Below are positions 9,433 through 19,171 of a DNA stretch of 64,000 nt, piece after piece. The position numbers and the translations under genes were made by a program. The DNA is from Bacteroidaceae bacterium (lineage in GTDB: Bacteria; Bacteroidota; Bacteroidia; Bacteroidales; Bacteroidaceae), in contig JAZOOF010000049.1 of NCBI GenBank assembly GCA_045654885.1, forward strand, positions 658 to 64,657, read 5' to 3'. Within the stretch, counting starts at the first letter, position 1; each line of letters opens with the position of its first letter. The notes beneath the pieces were generated by a model, which searched no databases, had not been told where the DNA came from, and saw only the letters and a program-made list of their open reading frames with translations.

Positions 9433-10629
9433 TTAGTCAAGGATATTGAAACCGGCAGCGGTCAATGCAGCCTTAATCTTGTTGATGTGCTCAAAGTTAC
9501 GTGTCTCAAGGTCAATGCGTATCCAGCAGCCTGTAACACCGGTGTTTGCATTTGTACGCTCGTGGTGCACACCGATGACGTTACCGCCAAGGTCGGCAAT
9601 AATCTTTGACACCTGTACCAACTGGCCAGGCTTGTCAAGGAGCTCAACCTTTAGGAGTGCCGAACGGCCCGATGTGAAGAGACCACGCTTGATTACACGG
9701 TCGAGGATGTTCACGTCGATGTTACCGCCCGATACAACGCAGATTACGTTCTTGCCCTCAACGGGAACCTTGTCGAACATTACCGCTGCTGCTGCAACAG
9801 CACCTGCACCCTCGGTAATAATCTTCTGGTGCTCGAGCATTGAAAGAATTGCCGATGAAACCTCGTCGTCGGTCACGGTTACAATGCCGTCGACATATTG
9901 GCTGCAGAAGTTGAATGTGTTCTCGCCCGGCTGCTTCACTGCAATACCGTCGGCAATTGTGGAAACTGAGTCAAGGCGCTCAATCTGCTTGTGCTCAACA
10001 GAGTTCTTCATGCTTGGAGCACCTGCTGCCTGTACACCGTATACCTTGATATTGGGGTTCAATGACTTGAGTGCGAATGCAACACCCGAGATGAGGCCAC
10101 CGCCACCAATGGGCACAACAACAACCTCAACGTCCTTCATCTGGTCAATAAGTTCAAGACCAATTGTACCCTGGCCTGCAATCACGTCAATGTCGTCGAA
10201 TGGATGGATGAATGTATAACCCATCTCGTCGCGCAGTTCGATGGCGCGCTTGTAAGCATCGTCATACACACCCTCTACAAGGCAAATCTCGGCACCGTAG
10301 CCTCTTGTTGCCTCAACTTTTGAGATTGGAGCACAGTCGGGGAGGCAGATTGTAGACTTGATGCCGTTCCTTGTTGCTGCCAAAGCAACACCCTGAGCGT
10401 GGTTGCCGGCTGAGCATGCGATAACGCCCTTTGCCTTCTCCTCGGCCGAGAGCTGTGAAATCTTGTAGTACGAACCACGAACCTTGAACGAACCGGTCAA
10501 CTGCAAGTTCTCTGGCTTGAGGAAGATGTTGCCCTTCTTGTTCAAATAGGGAGCCGGAATGAGCTCTGTGCGACGTACCACGTCCTTCAGGACGTACGAT
10601 GCGTGATAGATTTTGTCGAGTGTAAGCAT
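9433..10629 (-). CDS. ilvA: Threonine ammonia-lyase (threonine dehydratase)
   Basis: PLP-lysine motif (ENLQLTGSFKVRGSYYK), GGGGLISG loop and a C-terminal ACT-like domain. The start is set at MLTLDKIY (ATG 10627-10629). The ORF could extend to 10656. Confidence 0.9.
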   Translation of the reverse strand: MLTLDKIYHASYVLKDVVRRTELIPAPYLNKKGNIFLKPENLQLTGSFKVRGSYYKISQLSAEEKAKGVIACSAGNHAQGVALAATRNGIKSTICLPDCAPISKVEATRGYGAEICLVEGVYDDAYKRAIELRDEMGYTFIHPFDDIDVIAGQGTIGLELIDQMKDVEVVVVPIGGGGLISGVAFALKSLNPNIKVYGVQAAGAPSMKNSVEHKQIERLDSVSTIADGIAVKQPGENTFNFCSQYVDGIVTVTDDEVSSAILSMLEHQKIITEGAGAVAAAAVMFDKVPVEGKNVICVVSGGNIDVNILDRVIKRGLFTSGRSALLKVELLDKPGQLVQVSKIIADLGGNVIGVHHERTNANTGVTGCWIRIDLETRNFEHINKIKAALTAAGFNILD

Positions 10630-10904
10630 TGTATTATTGTTTAAAAGTAATTTCAATAGCTATTGCCCCAATATCACCAAAGTGGTGTCATTTTTCGGGC
10701 AAAGCCCTCAACAACACGTCTGAGCGAAGTGAAGAATCTCATGAAAACTTTTCGCTATGCCCGGTATGACATTGGAGGCTGTTCTATATTTACCCGTTTG
10801 GCAAATTTACAACCATTTTTGTTATAATTTATAGATTGGCATATTTTTTTATTAAAAAAGTGAGAAGTAGGGCGGTGGCATGCTTTTGATAGCTGTATAT
10901 ACAA

Positions 10905-10937
10905 CAAATGCGATGGGTTGACCGCCCATCGCATTTG
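10905..10937 (-). terminator. Stem-loop downstream of the surface lipoprotein gene
   Basis: caaatgcgatggg-ttgaccg-cccatcgcatttg (13-bp stem). Confidence 0.5.
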
Positions 10938-10965
10938 ATATTGCTTTTTGAATATTGGTTATTCT

Positions 10966-13032
10966 TTAGTTTGCAGTAATTGTTACATTGTCAACAAGGA
11001 TTGCATTTCCATTGCCGTTCTTTGAGTTCATTACCAATGCGGTTATGAGAGTCTCCTGTGAAAGTGTGAACTCATATGTGTAGAGTGTCCACTCGCTGGT
11101 AACGGTTGTAGCATTCGTCTGGTATTTGTAGTCAGAGTTGGAAATTGCACCATCCTTGATGATACCGTAACCAAGCTTGAATGCACCGGCACTGCTACCG
11201 CTCTGCTTGATGTATGCTGCAATAGTATATGTACCCGCAGGGAGAGTGTAGCTTTTTGAAGCAAGGCGCATGTTCTGGGTAGAACCATTTACAACAACTG
11301 CATAGTTGCCATCGTATGCCTCTGCGCTCTGAGTGATTGTTGATTTATGACCGATATTGCCTTCGCCCCAAGCAACAGGATTGCTGCCGTTCCACTCCTC
11401 GAAGCTGCTGTTTTCGAGGATGTTGCCTTCAGTTGGAACTGATGGAGTGTCTGGTGTGTCCGGTGTCTCTGGTTCCTCTGGTGTCTCAGGTTCCTCTGGG
11501 GTTTCTGTTGTCTCGGCCTTGCCATGTGCTACAACAAGGTTTTTAACCTCCCATGTACCGGCCTTTGTTGTTGCTGTGTAACGGAGTGCAAATGTAATGT
11601 TTGCCTTACCAAGGAACTCTGCAGGAACGTTTACGTTTGCCTTGTAGAATGTGTTCCAGTCTGTGCCCTCAACAGCGTTGTAGGGGAGGTTTGTCCAAGT
11701 GGCTGTTGCAACGTCACCGCTGTAGTTGTCGCTGATGAGAAGCTGGTGGTTCTCGGCAACCTTGCCGCTCTCGGCATAACGGATGATATACTCGAATGCT
11801 ACGTATGCCTCGGTCTCGTTAGTGAAGTCAACGGTGGGCGATACAAGCCAGCTTGTAGCCTCGTGGTCTTTGTCTGCTTTACCATCACCATCGGTATCGA
11901 GGTATGATGTCATCTTTGCAGTGCTGTAGTCGATAATCCAAGGATAGTTGCCAACGGTCTCCTGTGTAGTGAATGAACCGAAACTTGTAGAGAACGATTC
12001 GCTGATGTATGCACCCTCGGGTGTCTCCGGTGTTTCCGGCTCGTCTGGTGTAACACCATCAATAGCATACTTTGTAACAGTCTTTAAACCTGTAACGCCA
12101 AAGTATTTCTCAAGGCTACCGGTGAGAGTTACCAACTTCTGGTAGTTGCCAGGGTTGTCAACAAGGTTAAGGGCGTTACGCACTGCGCCGCTTGGCAACT
12201 GAACCGGCATACAGTTGTTATAGTCTGTCTCGTCAGGATTATCTGCAATAAGAAGGTTTGTCTTAGACTCTGCTGTGCCGCTGAATACGCAACCCTCTGT
12301 GTAAACCTGACCATTGATTGTTCCGACGATGTAACCCTTTACAGCTGCAGGCTTCGCTGCGCCGCCAAATGCTGCAAGAGCCTCGGCTACGGTGTATTCA
12401 CCGGCCTCCTCGGGCTCAACAACCTCGGCCTTGCCGTGTGCCACCTTGAAGTTCTTTACCTCCCAAGTGCCGGCCTTTGTTGTAGCTGTGTAACGCAATG
12501 CGAATACAACACCGCTCTTGCCAAGGAACTCGGCGGGTACTGCAACATTTGCCTTGTAGAATGTTGCCCAGTCGCTGCCCTCTACTGCATTGTAGGGAAG
12601 GTCTACCCATGTAGCCTCGGCTGCATTGCCTGCATAGTTGTTGCTGATGAGCAGCTGGTGGTTGGCTGCAACCTTGCCGCTCTCGGCGTAACGGATGATG
12701 TAGTCGAATGCTACATAAGCCTCGGTCTCGTTTGTGAAGTCAACGGGTGATGAAATCAACCAGCTTGTAGCAGCCTTGTTCTCGCCATCAACGTATGATG
12801 TCGCTTTTGCTGTGCTGTAGTCGATTACCCAAGGGTAGTTGCCGACAGTCTCCTCGGTGCTGAACACACCGAAACTTGATGCGAACGTCTCATTGATGTA
12901 CACGCCCTCTTCGGTTGTGCCACCGTTACCGCCGGGGTTGCCACCAGGGTTGTATGGCGGCTCGGGAGTCTCGGTACATGCAGCGAGTGCAAACAGGCCA
13001 AGCGCTGCAAATAATAAATTCCTAAGTTTCAT
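10966..13032 (-). CDS. Surface lipoprotein with a duplicated choice-of-anchor-J-like domain, an OB-fold-like (DUF6359-like) insert and a C-terminal CBM-like beta-sandwich
   Basis: Lipobox MKLRNLLFAALGLFALAAC. Two highly similar ~180-aa modules (F(A/S)SSFG.F(S/T)T(E/Q)ETVGNYPW(V/I)IDYSTAK...TWEVKN..VAHGKAE), Pro/Glu/Thr linkers, and a C-terminal SSFEEW...ILVDNVTI module. Confidence 0.6.
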   Translation of the reverse strand: MKLRNLLFAALGLFALAACTETPEPPYNPGGNPGGNGGTTEEGVYINETFASSFGVFSTEETVGNYPWVIDYSTAKATSYVDGENKAATSWLISSPVDFTNETEAYVAFDYIIRYAESGKVAANHQLLISNNYAGNAAEATWVDLPYNAVEGSDWATFYKANVAVPAEFLGKSGVVFALRYTATTKAGTWEVKNFKVAHGKAEVVEPEEAGEYTVAEALAAFGGAAKPAAVKGYIVGTINGQVYTEGCVFSGTAESKTNLLIADNPDETDYNNCMPVQLPSGAVRNALNLVDNPGNYQKLVTLTGSLEKYFGVTGLKTVTKYAIDGVTPDEPETPETPEGAYISESFSTSFGSFTTQETVGNYPWIIDYSTAKMTSYLDTDGDGKADKDHEATSWLVSPTVDFTNETEAYVAFEYIIRYAESGKVAENHQLLISDNYSGDVATATWTNLPYNAVEGTDWNTFYKANVNVPAEFLGKANITFALRYTATTKAGTWEVKNLVVAHGKAETTETPEEPETPEEPETPDTPDTPSVPTEGNILENSSFEEWNGSNPVAWGEGNIGHKSTITQSAEAYDGNYAVVVNGSTQNMRLASKSYTLPAGTYTIAAYIKQSGSSAGAFKLGYGIIKDGAISNSDYKYQTNATTVTSEWTLYTYEFTLSQETLITALVMNSKNGNGNAILVDNVTITAN

Positions 13033-13062
13033 GATTTTTGTTTTTTAGTTAATTATAATTTG

Positions 13063-13896
13063 TTATTCACTTACTTTCTCAATGTCTGTGGTGTGGCTGA
13101 TTACGAACTGCCAGTAGTCATTGAAGCGTGTCATCACGCCGTTGATGTTGAGTTCGCCGGCGGGGATTGCCTCGTTTGCAAAGTCGGCGTATGTGCTCAT
13201 GCGCAATACAATGTTTGTCTTGCCTACCTTTATGTGACGCTCGACAACGTTGTTGTACTGCAGTTCCTCGGGTGCCCAAAGGGCTGTGCCGTCGGCCTCG
13301 GTGATTTCAACTCCCTCCAGACGGACGAATTTTGCAAGGTTGTTCTTGTTCTCATTCGTAAAGAATGAGTCGTCGATGAGTTCGGGTTGCATCTCGGCCT
13401 GTGTAGGGTCGGGGATACCGATGAGGCGCACGTGCTGTGGGTAGATATTCTTGTTCATACGTCCTACCTTACCGTTGTAGAGGCCGCCAATCTGTGCCAT
13501 CTTGCCATAACCGCCAAAGTAGAGGTCCTTGCAGGCAATGCGTACGCGCTGTCCCTTTGGAACCATTGCATAAAGGCCCACATCGTTCACGCCAATTACC
13601 ATGGCACCTGTCTCGTCGTTGATGATGAACTGCTTGTATACGTTGCCGCTCTCGTCATTTGCAACGACAACGCCTTCGATGATGATATCTTCGGTAATCT
13701 GTTTTACGGAGTTACCCGAAATTGTTGAAGCGTATTCTGCTTTCAAATCAGCAATGGTCATGTTTGCCTCTCCAATTTCGTTGTTGCCGAATGGCGGCTC
13801 GCTGAACAGTGGCTCGTCGAACTCATTCATGCAGGATGTTGCAATGAGCGACAGCGCAAGGATTGATAGATATTTTATTGCTTTCATAATTTGCAT
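13063..13896 (-). CDS. Lipoprotein with OB-fold-like domain (DUF5689-like)
   Basis: Lipobox LIATSC. The core IIIEGVVVANDESGNVYKQFIINDETGAMVIGV resembles OB-fold modules of extracellular nucleases. It sits directly downstream of a TonB-dependent receptor. Confidence 0.5.
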   Translation of the reverse strand: MQIMKAIKYLSILALSLIATSCMNEFDEPLFSEPPFGNNEIGEANMTIADLKAEYASTISGNSVKQITEDIIIEGVVVANDESGNVYKQFIINDETGAMVIGVNDVGLYAMVPKGQRVRIACKDLYFGGYGKMAQIGGLYNGKVGRMNKNIYPQHVRLIGIPDPTQAEMQPELIDDSFFTNENKNNLAKFVRLEGVEITEADGTALWAPEELQYNNVVERHIKVGKTNIVLRMSTYADFANEAIPAGELNINGVMTRFNDYWQFVISHTTDIEKVSE

Positions 13897-13915
13897 TTAT
13901 TTATATAAGGTCTTA

Positions 13916-16531
13916 TTAGAAACGGAAACCGATGTTCAGATAGAAGTTAAATGCGTTGGCATAGTAGAGGTATGGGTTCTTTGAGAACTTGTATGTACGC
14001 TCGCTGCCATCGGCATAGCTGTCGTCACGGTTCTGCTCGTAACCGCCAGTAATCATGTTAGTGTTGTTCAAGAGGTTGCTGAGCTGAAGGTTGATGTTCA
14101 GTTTGTTACCGCCGCGAAGGCTGATGCTTTTGCCAATTGATGCATCGACCATGAAACCTCCCTTGCCCTTGTACTGTGATGGGATATCCAGACGCTCCTC
14201 GCCGGTTGTGGCATCGATTACAGGTGCGCCGACAACGCTTGCAAGGCGGGCATACTTTGATGCATCGACATAAATTCTGTCATAGTAGTTCACATTTGCG
14301 CTCAAGTACCATCCGCTGATGTTGTAGTCGATACCAAGGCTTGCTGCAGTGAGTGGTGTGCCGTCGAGCTTTACACCCTTCATGTATACATCGCTGTTCT
14401 TCCACACTGCCTCGTTCTCGCTGATGAGCATACCGTTTGCATTGCTTGTGTACTCGGCATCACCAACCGATGCAAGGGCATTGATTGAGAGTGACGATGT
14501 GATGTTGTAGACAACGGCTGCCTCAAGACCATAGTGCAGCTTGTTCACGCCTGTCATTGTAAGATATGTGAACTGCGACTCCTGGTCGTTGTAGAATGCG
14601 CTCTGCTCCACGCTGTTGTTTATCATTGTACCATATCCGCTGATTTTTGCGCTTACGGGGCCAATGTTCAGGTTGTATGCAATCTCGGCATTGAAGATAT
14701 CCTCGTTTGTGAGGCCTGTTACAAAGTCCTTGCGCATACGTGGTGCGATGAACGAGTTGTAGGCGAGTGGTGCGCGGTTCTCATATCCGCCACCTATTGA
14801 AAGGGTGTTGTATGCGTTGAATGTGAACACCATGCCAAGTTTTGCGCCACCACCAAGGAATGTGGCTGTGCCGCTACTGCCCTTTGAGTACTGCTGTGCA
14901 CGTCCGTTGCGCATGTGACCATAGCGCTCCATTGTTGTACCATCGACGTGTGCACCGCCAAAGAGGTGGAAGATGCCCTTGTTGAACTGGTGCTGGTAGA
15001 AGAGGGTCGCCTTGTTCACGTTAAGGTCATAGTTGTAACCGAACACGTCGCCCTCGGCAATCCGGCGGTTGGGGTTGTCAACATCGTTCTGTACATAGTC
15101 GCTGTTGATGCCGAAATCACCTACCGAGAATTTGTCGATGTCGGTGTATTTCTTTGCACCCATAAGGTCGTCCATGGTCTTGTAGTGCATGCCCTTGGTT
15201 GTTCCAAGCTGCAGGCCTGCAGTTCCCTTGTTGTAGCGGTCGAAGTCTATGTTCAACGATGAACCGAGGTTGAAGGTTAGCTGGTCATTGTGACGGCGCT
15301 CGACATAGTAGAGACACTCGCCACCAACGGCATTTGCCTGTTGGTTGGCATAGAGCATGTAATCCCAGTTGAGCTGGCGGTTGGCCTTGCTCGCAGTCCA
15401 ATGCTCCTTGCGTGTGTTGTAGTCGGCAAGTTCGTCCTCGGTAGGTGTGTAGTCCAAATCCCATACATCATAAGCCGCACTTGGCAGGTTCTGGTAGTAG
15501 TTGGGGCGTGGGTCGGCAGCGTTGCCGTTCCATCCCAATGCCGATGTGCTGTACATGGAGTATTTGCCGAACAGTGATGTTGTCAGCTTCATCTTGTCGT
15601 TGATGTTGTAGTCCCATGTGATTACCATTGCAGGCTCGTATGAGTTCACAACTCGGGCATTGCGCTTCTTGCCCTGCTGGTATCCCCAGTTGGGGTTGTA
15701 GTAGTGGTTGCCGGCAAGCCAGTAGGCCTCCTCGGTTGCAGCGCCCTGCTGTGCGCGCTCTGTGGGTGAGCCCCATGTTGCGATTGAGAGGCTGTGGCTG
15801 TCATTGAATTTCTTCTCGGCAGCAAGGAAGTAGGCAGCCGAGTTGTAGAATGTACCCTCGATGACACCTTCGTTTGCCCAACGGTATGATGCCGAACCAG
15901 TGAAAGCCCAACCGTTCTGCATGAGGCCAGTTGAACCGGTGTACATTACGCGGGCAAGATAGTTGCGGTTACAGCCCACAAGTGATGCCTTGTGGCCTGC
16001 TGCATACTGGCTGGCACGCATGTTGATGTTGCTTGCACCACCAACGGAACCAATGCCGAAGCTGTTGTGCTCGGTGTATGTTGCGCCCTCCTTGTTACGT
16101 GTGGCGTCATTGAGACCGCCAATCATGCCGTAGCTGAACTGGCCTCTCTCGGCATCGTTGAGCAGTACGCCGTTGGCATATACATTATTGTAATGCGATT
16201 CGTAGCCGCGTATGCGGAAACGCATTGCACTGAAACGGTAGCCTACCTCGGAGAGGAAATAGTCGTCGTTTGACGAAATCATGGCTGTCGTGCCCGAGAA
16301 ATCCTCGTCCTCGCCAAGCTGTCCTTCGGAGAATGTGTAGGACTCGTTGTTGTCGTCGATGACAATAATATTGTCCACTGTGTTTGTCTTGTTGAGCAAG
16401 GTATCGGCATAGAGCATTCTTGCTGGCTGCTCCTTTACCATTCCTTCTCTAACGGCTGTAGCTTCCTGTGCGTTCGCTGTCGAGACGAAACAGAGCAACA
16501 GGAGCGCTGCAAATTTTGTCAGTTTGGTCAT
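13916..16531 (-). CDS. TonB-dependent outer-membrane receptor
   Basis: Signal peptide MTKLTKFAALLLLCFVSTANAQE (start ATG at 16529-16531), a plug region and a C-terminal aromatic terminus ...NIGFRF. Confidence 0.85.
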   Translation of the reverse strand: MTKLTKFAALLLLCFVSTANAQEATAVREGMVKEQPARMLYADTLLNKTNTVDNIIVIDDNNESYTFSEGQLGEDEDFSGTTAMISSNDDYFLSEVGYRFSAMRFRIRGYESHYNNVYANGVLLNDAERGQFSYGMIGGLNDATRNKEGATYTEHNSFGIGSVGGASNINMRASQYAAGHKASLVGCNRNYLARVMYTGSTGLMQNGWAFTGSASYRWANEGVIEGTFYNSAAYFLAAEKKFNDSHSLSIATWGSPTERAQQGAATEEAYWLAGNHYYNPNWGYQQGKKRNARVVNSYEPAMVITWDYNINDKMKLTTSLFGKYSMYSTSALGWNGNAADPRPNYYQNLPSAAYDVWDLDYTPTEDELADYNTRKEHWTASKANRQLNWDYMLYANQQANAVGGECLYYVERRHNDQLTFNLGSSLNIDFDRYNKGTAGLQLGTTKGMHYKTMDDLMGAKKYTDIDKFSVGDFGINSDYVQNDVDNPNRRIAEGDVFGYNYDLNVNKATLFYQHQFNKGIFHLFGGAHVDGTTMERYGHMRNGRAQQYSKGSSGTATFLGGGAKLGMVFTFNAYNTLSIGGGYENRAPLAYNSFIAPRMRKDFVTGLTNEDIFNAEIAYNLNIGPVSAKISGYGTMINNSVEQSAFYNDQESQFTYLTMTGVNKLHYGLEAAVVYNITSSLSINALASVGDAEYTSNANGMLISENEAVWKNSDVYMKGVKLDGTPLTAASLGIDYNISGWYLSANVNYYDRIYVDASKYARLASVVGAPVIDATTGEERLDIPSQYKGKGGFMVDASIGKSISLRGGNKLNINLQLSNLLNNTNMITGGYEQNRDDSYADGSERTYKFSKNPYLYYANAFNFYLNIGFRF

Positions 16532-16712
16532 AGTAATATAATAAATTAATTTACAAATACTTATTTGCGTGGGCGTGTGCGCGGGGGAAACCGTGTTGCA
16601 CAACAATCCTAAAATCGTACAAAGTTGCTAAAAAAAGTGGAGATATGTAAACTTTTTCTAACATTTTTTGCCGTAGCAGTCGCGAATGTTGCGGTAGAAT
16701 ATGTGACAAAAA

Positions 16713-16742
16713 ATATGACCGGCAAAAAAATGCCGGTCATAT
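16713..16742 (-). terminator. Intrinsic terminator after ilvC
   Basis: atatgaccggca-A6-tgccggtcatat followed by a T-run on the minus strand. Confidence 0.7.
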
Positions 16743-16767
16743 CCATTCATGCGTCCGATTACGGAAA

Positions 16768-17814
16768 TCAATTGTTCTCGGGGCGGAGCTTGCGCACTAC
16801 AGCGCCTGCCTGCCACATCTCGGTCTCGCGCATCTCGCGGAGTTCCTCCTCGAGTTTCTGGCGGTAGTCGGGTTGCGAGTTGGTGTCGATGCTACGCTGT
16901 GCCTCGTTGCCGGCAGCAACTTCGCTGTAGAGATCCTCGAACACAGGCATTGTGGCATCGCGGAACTTCTTCCACCAGTCGAGTGCACCGCGCTGTGCAG
17001 TGGTAGAGCAGTTTGCATACATCCAGTCCATGCCATTCTCCGAAATCAGCGGCATGAGGCTCTGTGAAAGTTCCTCTACTGTCTCGTTGAATGCCTCGGA
17101 GGGGGTGTGGCCGTTCTTGCGGAGCACCTCGTACTGTGCTGCAAAGATACCCTGGATGGCACCCATAAGAGTACCGCGCTCACCGGTAAGGTCAGAGTAA
17201 ACCTCGCGCTTGAAGGTTGTCTCGAACAGGTAGCCCGAGCCTACACCAATACCAAGTGCGATTACGCGGTCCCATGCACGGCCTGTAGCATCCTGGAAGA
17301 TGGCATAGCTTGAGTTCAAGCCACGACCCTGCAGGAACATGCGGCGCAGCGAAGTACCCGAGCCCTTGGGAGCAACAAGGATAACATCAACGTCGGCAGG
17401 AGGTACAATGCCTGTGCGCTCCTTGTAGGTGATACCGAAACCATGTGAGAAGTAGAGTGCCTTGCCGGGAGTGAGGTGCTTCTTCACTGTAGGCCAAACG
17501 GCAATCTGTCCTGCATCGGAGAGCAGGTACTCTATGATTGTTGCCTTCTCGCAGGCCTCCTCAATGTCAAAGAGGTTCTCGCCCGGTACCCAGCCGTCGG
17601 CAACGGCTTTATCCCAGCTCTTTGAGTCCTTGCGCTGTCCAACGATAACGTTGAAACCGTTGTCGCGCAGGTTGAGTGACTGGCCGGGGCCCTGTACGCC
17701 ATAACCTATCACCGCAATGGTCTCCTCCTTCAATGTCTCCAAGGCCTTTGCCAATGGATATTCCTCACGTGTCACGACGTTCTCGACCACGCCGCCAAAA
17801 TTCATCTGTGCCAT
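16768..17814 (-). CDS. ilvC: Ketol-acid reductoisomerase
   Basis: 348 aa with IAVIGYGVQGPGQSLNLRDNG (NADP-binding) and class I KARI core motifs. Confidence 0.95.
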   Translation of the reverse strand: MAQMNFGGVVENVVTREEYPLAKALETLKEETIAVIGYGVQGPGQSLNLRDNGFNVIVGQRKDSKSWDKAVADGWVPGENLFDIEEACEKATIIEYLLSDAGQIAVWPTVKKHLTPGKALYFSHGFGITYKERTGIVPPADVDVILVAPKGSGTSLRRMFLQGRGLNSSYAIFQDATGRAWDRVIALGIGVGSGYLFETTFKREVYSDLTGERGTLMGAIQGIFAAQYEVLRKNGHTPSEAFNETVEELSQSLMPLISENGMDWMYANCSTTAQRGALDWWKKFRDATMPVFEDLYSEVAAGNEAQRSIDTNSQPDYRQKLEEELREMRETEMWQAGAVVRKLRPENN

Positions 17815-18034
17815 AATTGTATTGTTTTTTTAGTTTGTTTATCCTTGATTAATATGATGTGACAGCTGTGATTATGAACTGTCAAAAAGTTTCCTTGACT
17901 GCTGAATAACTGTGCTTTGTTCAAGAGGTTCGCGAAAGTAGTTGTAAAATTGATAAAAACAAAACAATTTTTCCAATAAATTATATTAATTTTACCAGCA
18001 GTAAGTTTTTGTTGAATAATTAACATCAATAATA

Positions 18035-19078
18035 ATGAGAAAAAACAGTTTTTTGTTGGCGTTCGCGATGCTCTTTGCAGTCATGTTCACTGCTCAGGCT
18101 CAGAACCAGAAAAAGTATGAGGTCTACAGTGTTGGTTTCTACAACCTTGAGAACCTTTTCGATACAATCCACGACAATGGCAAGAATGACTACGAGTTCC
18201 TGCCCGACGGTGCGAACAAGTGGGGAACATTGAAATATACCAACAAGTTGAAGAATATGGCAACGGTGCTCAACGAGATGGGAACGGATGTGTTGCCTGC
18301 GGGAATGGCTGCTGTGGGTGTATCTGAAATCGAGAACTCACGCGTACTTGAGGATTTGGTTAAGCATGAGGTGCTTGCTCCACGTGGTTGGGATTTCATA
18401 CACATTGAGGGACCCGACCGTCGCGGTGTCGATTGTGCATTGCTCTATAATCCCAAACTTTTCAAGCCTATCAACTCAAAGCTCGCACCTTATACAACCG
18501 TTGACAATGATACCACATACAAGACACGTGGTTTCCTTATTGTAAGCGGTGAGATGGGTGGCGAGGTCGTTCACATTATTGTAAACCACTGGCCTTCGCG
18601 CTATGCAAAGTCACCGGCCCGCGAGCGTGCGGGTGTGCTTGTGAAGGAGTTGAAGGATTCAATCATGGCCACTATGCCCGATACCAAGGTGCTCATCATG
18701 GGTGACATGAATGACGACCCCGACAACAAGAGCATGAAGAGCTGTCTTGGTGCTGTGCGTGAAAGAGAGGAGATAAAGGCTGCGAGCGACCTCTACAATC
18801 CATGGTGGAACATCCTGCGCAAGAAGGGTATGGGAACATTGAAGTACAAGGGCAAGTGGAACCTTTTCGACCAGGTGGTTGTCAGTGGAAATCTGCTTGG
18901 TGCCGACCGCTCTACATTGAAACTCTACAAGACCGAGATTTTCTCACGCGGATACATGTTCCAGCAAGAGGGACGTTACAAGGGAAATACCAAACGTACA
19001 CATGCCGGTGGTGTGTGGCTCAACGGTTACAGCGACCACTTGCCTGTGATAGTATATCTCATTAAGGAGGCAAAGTAA
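18035..19078 (+). CDS. Secreted endonuclease/exonuclease/phosphatase (EEP) family protein, probable extracellular nuclease
   Basis: Signal peptide, N-terminal FYNLENLFD motif and C-terminal SDHLPV motif typical of the EEP fold. Confidence 0.8.
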   Translation: MRKNSFLLAFAMLFAVMFTAQAQNQKKYEVYSVGFYNLENLFDTIHDNGKNDYEFLPDGANKWGTLKYTNKLKNMATVLNEMGTDVLPAGMAAVGVSEIENSRVLEDLVKHEVLAPRGWDFIHIEGPDRRGVDCALLYNPKLFKPINSKLAPYTTVDNDTTYKTRGFLIVSGEMGGEVVHIIVNHWPSRYAKSPARERAGVLVKELKDSIMATMPDTKVLIMGDMNDDPDNKSMKSCLGAVREREEIKAASDLYNPWWNILRKKGMGTLKYKGKWNLFDQVVVSGNLLGADRSTLKLYKTEIFSRGYMFQQEGRYKGNTKRTHAGGVWLNGYSDHLPVIVYLIKEAK

Positions 19079-19093
19079 ATATTGACAGGTTAT

Positions 19094-19141
19094 ACACAAT
19101 TGAGCCTGAAAGTCAACGACTTTCAGGCTCAATTGTGTTTT
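19094..19141. terminator. Bidirectional terminator between convergent genes
   Basis: 20-bp perfect stem acacaattgagcctgaaagt / actttcaggctcaattgtgt, loop caacg, then TTT. Confidence 0.75.
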
Positions 19142-19171
19142 TCTCATGCAGTCTGCGTGGGTGATGCTATC

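Noticed and set aside
16532-16767. Riboswitch (e.g. cobalamin) upstream of the TonB-dependent receptor, and similarly upstream of metH (2235-2338)
   Set aside because: I could find no B12-box-like or other conserved riboswitch core by eye. The region is short and mostly occupied by the ilvC terminator. Excluding it properly needs an Rfam/Infernal scan.
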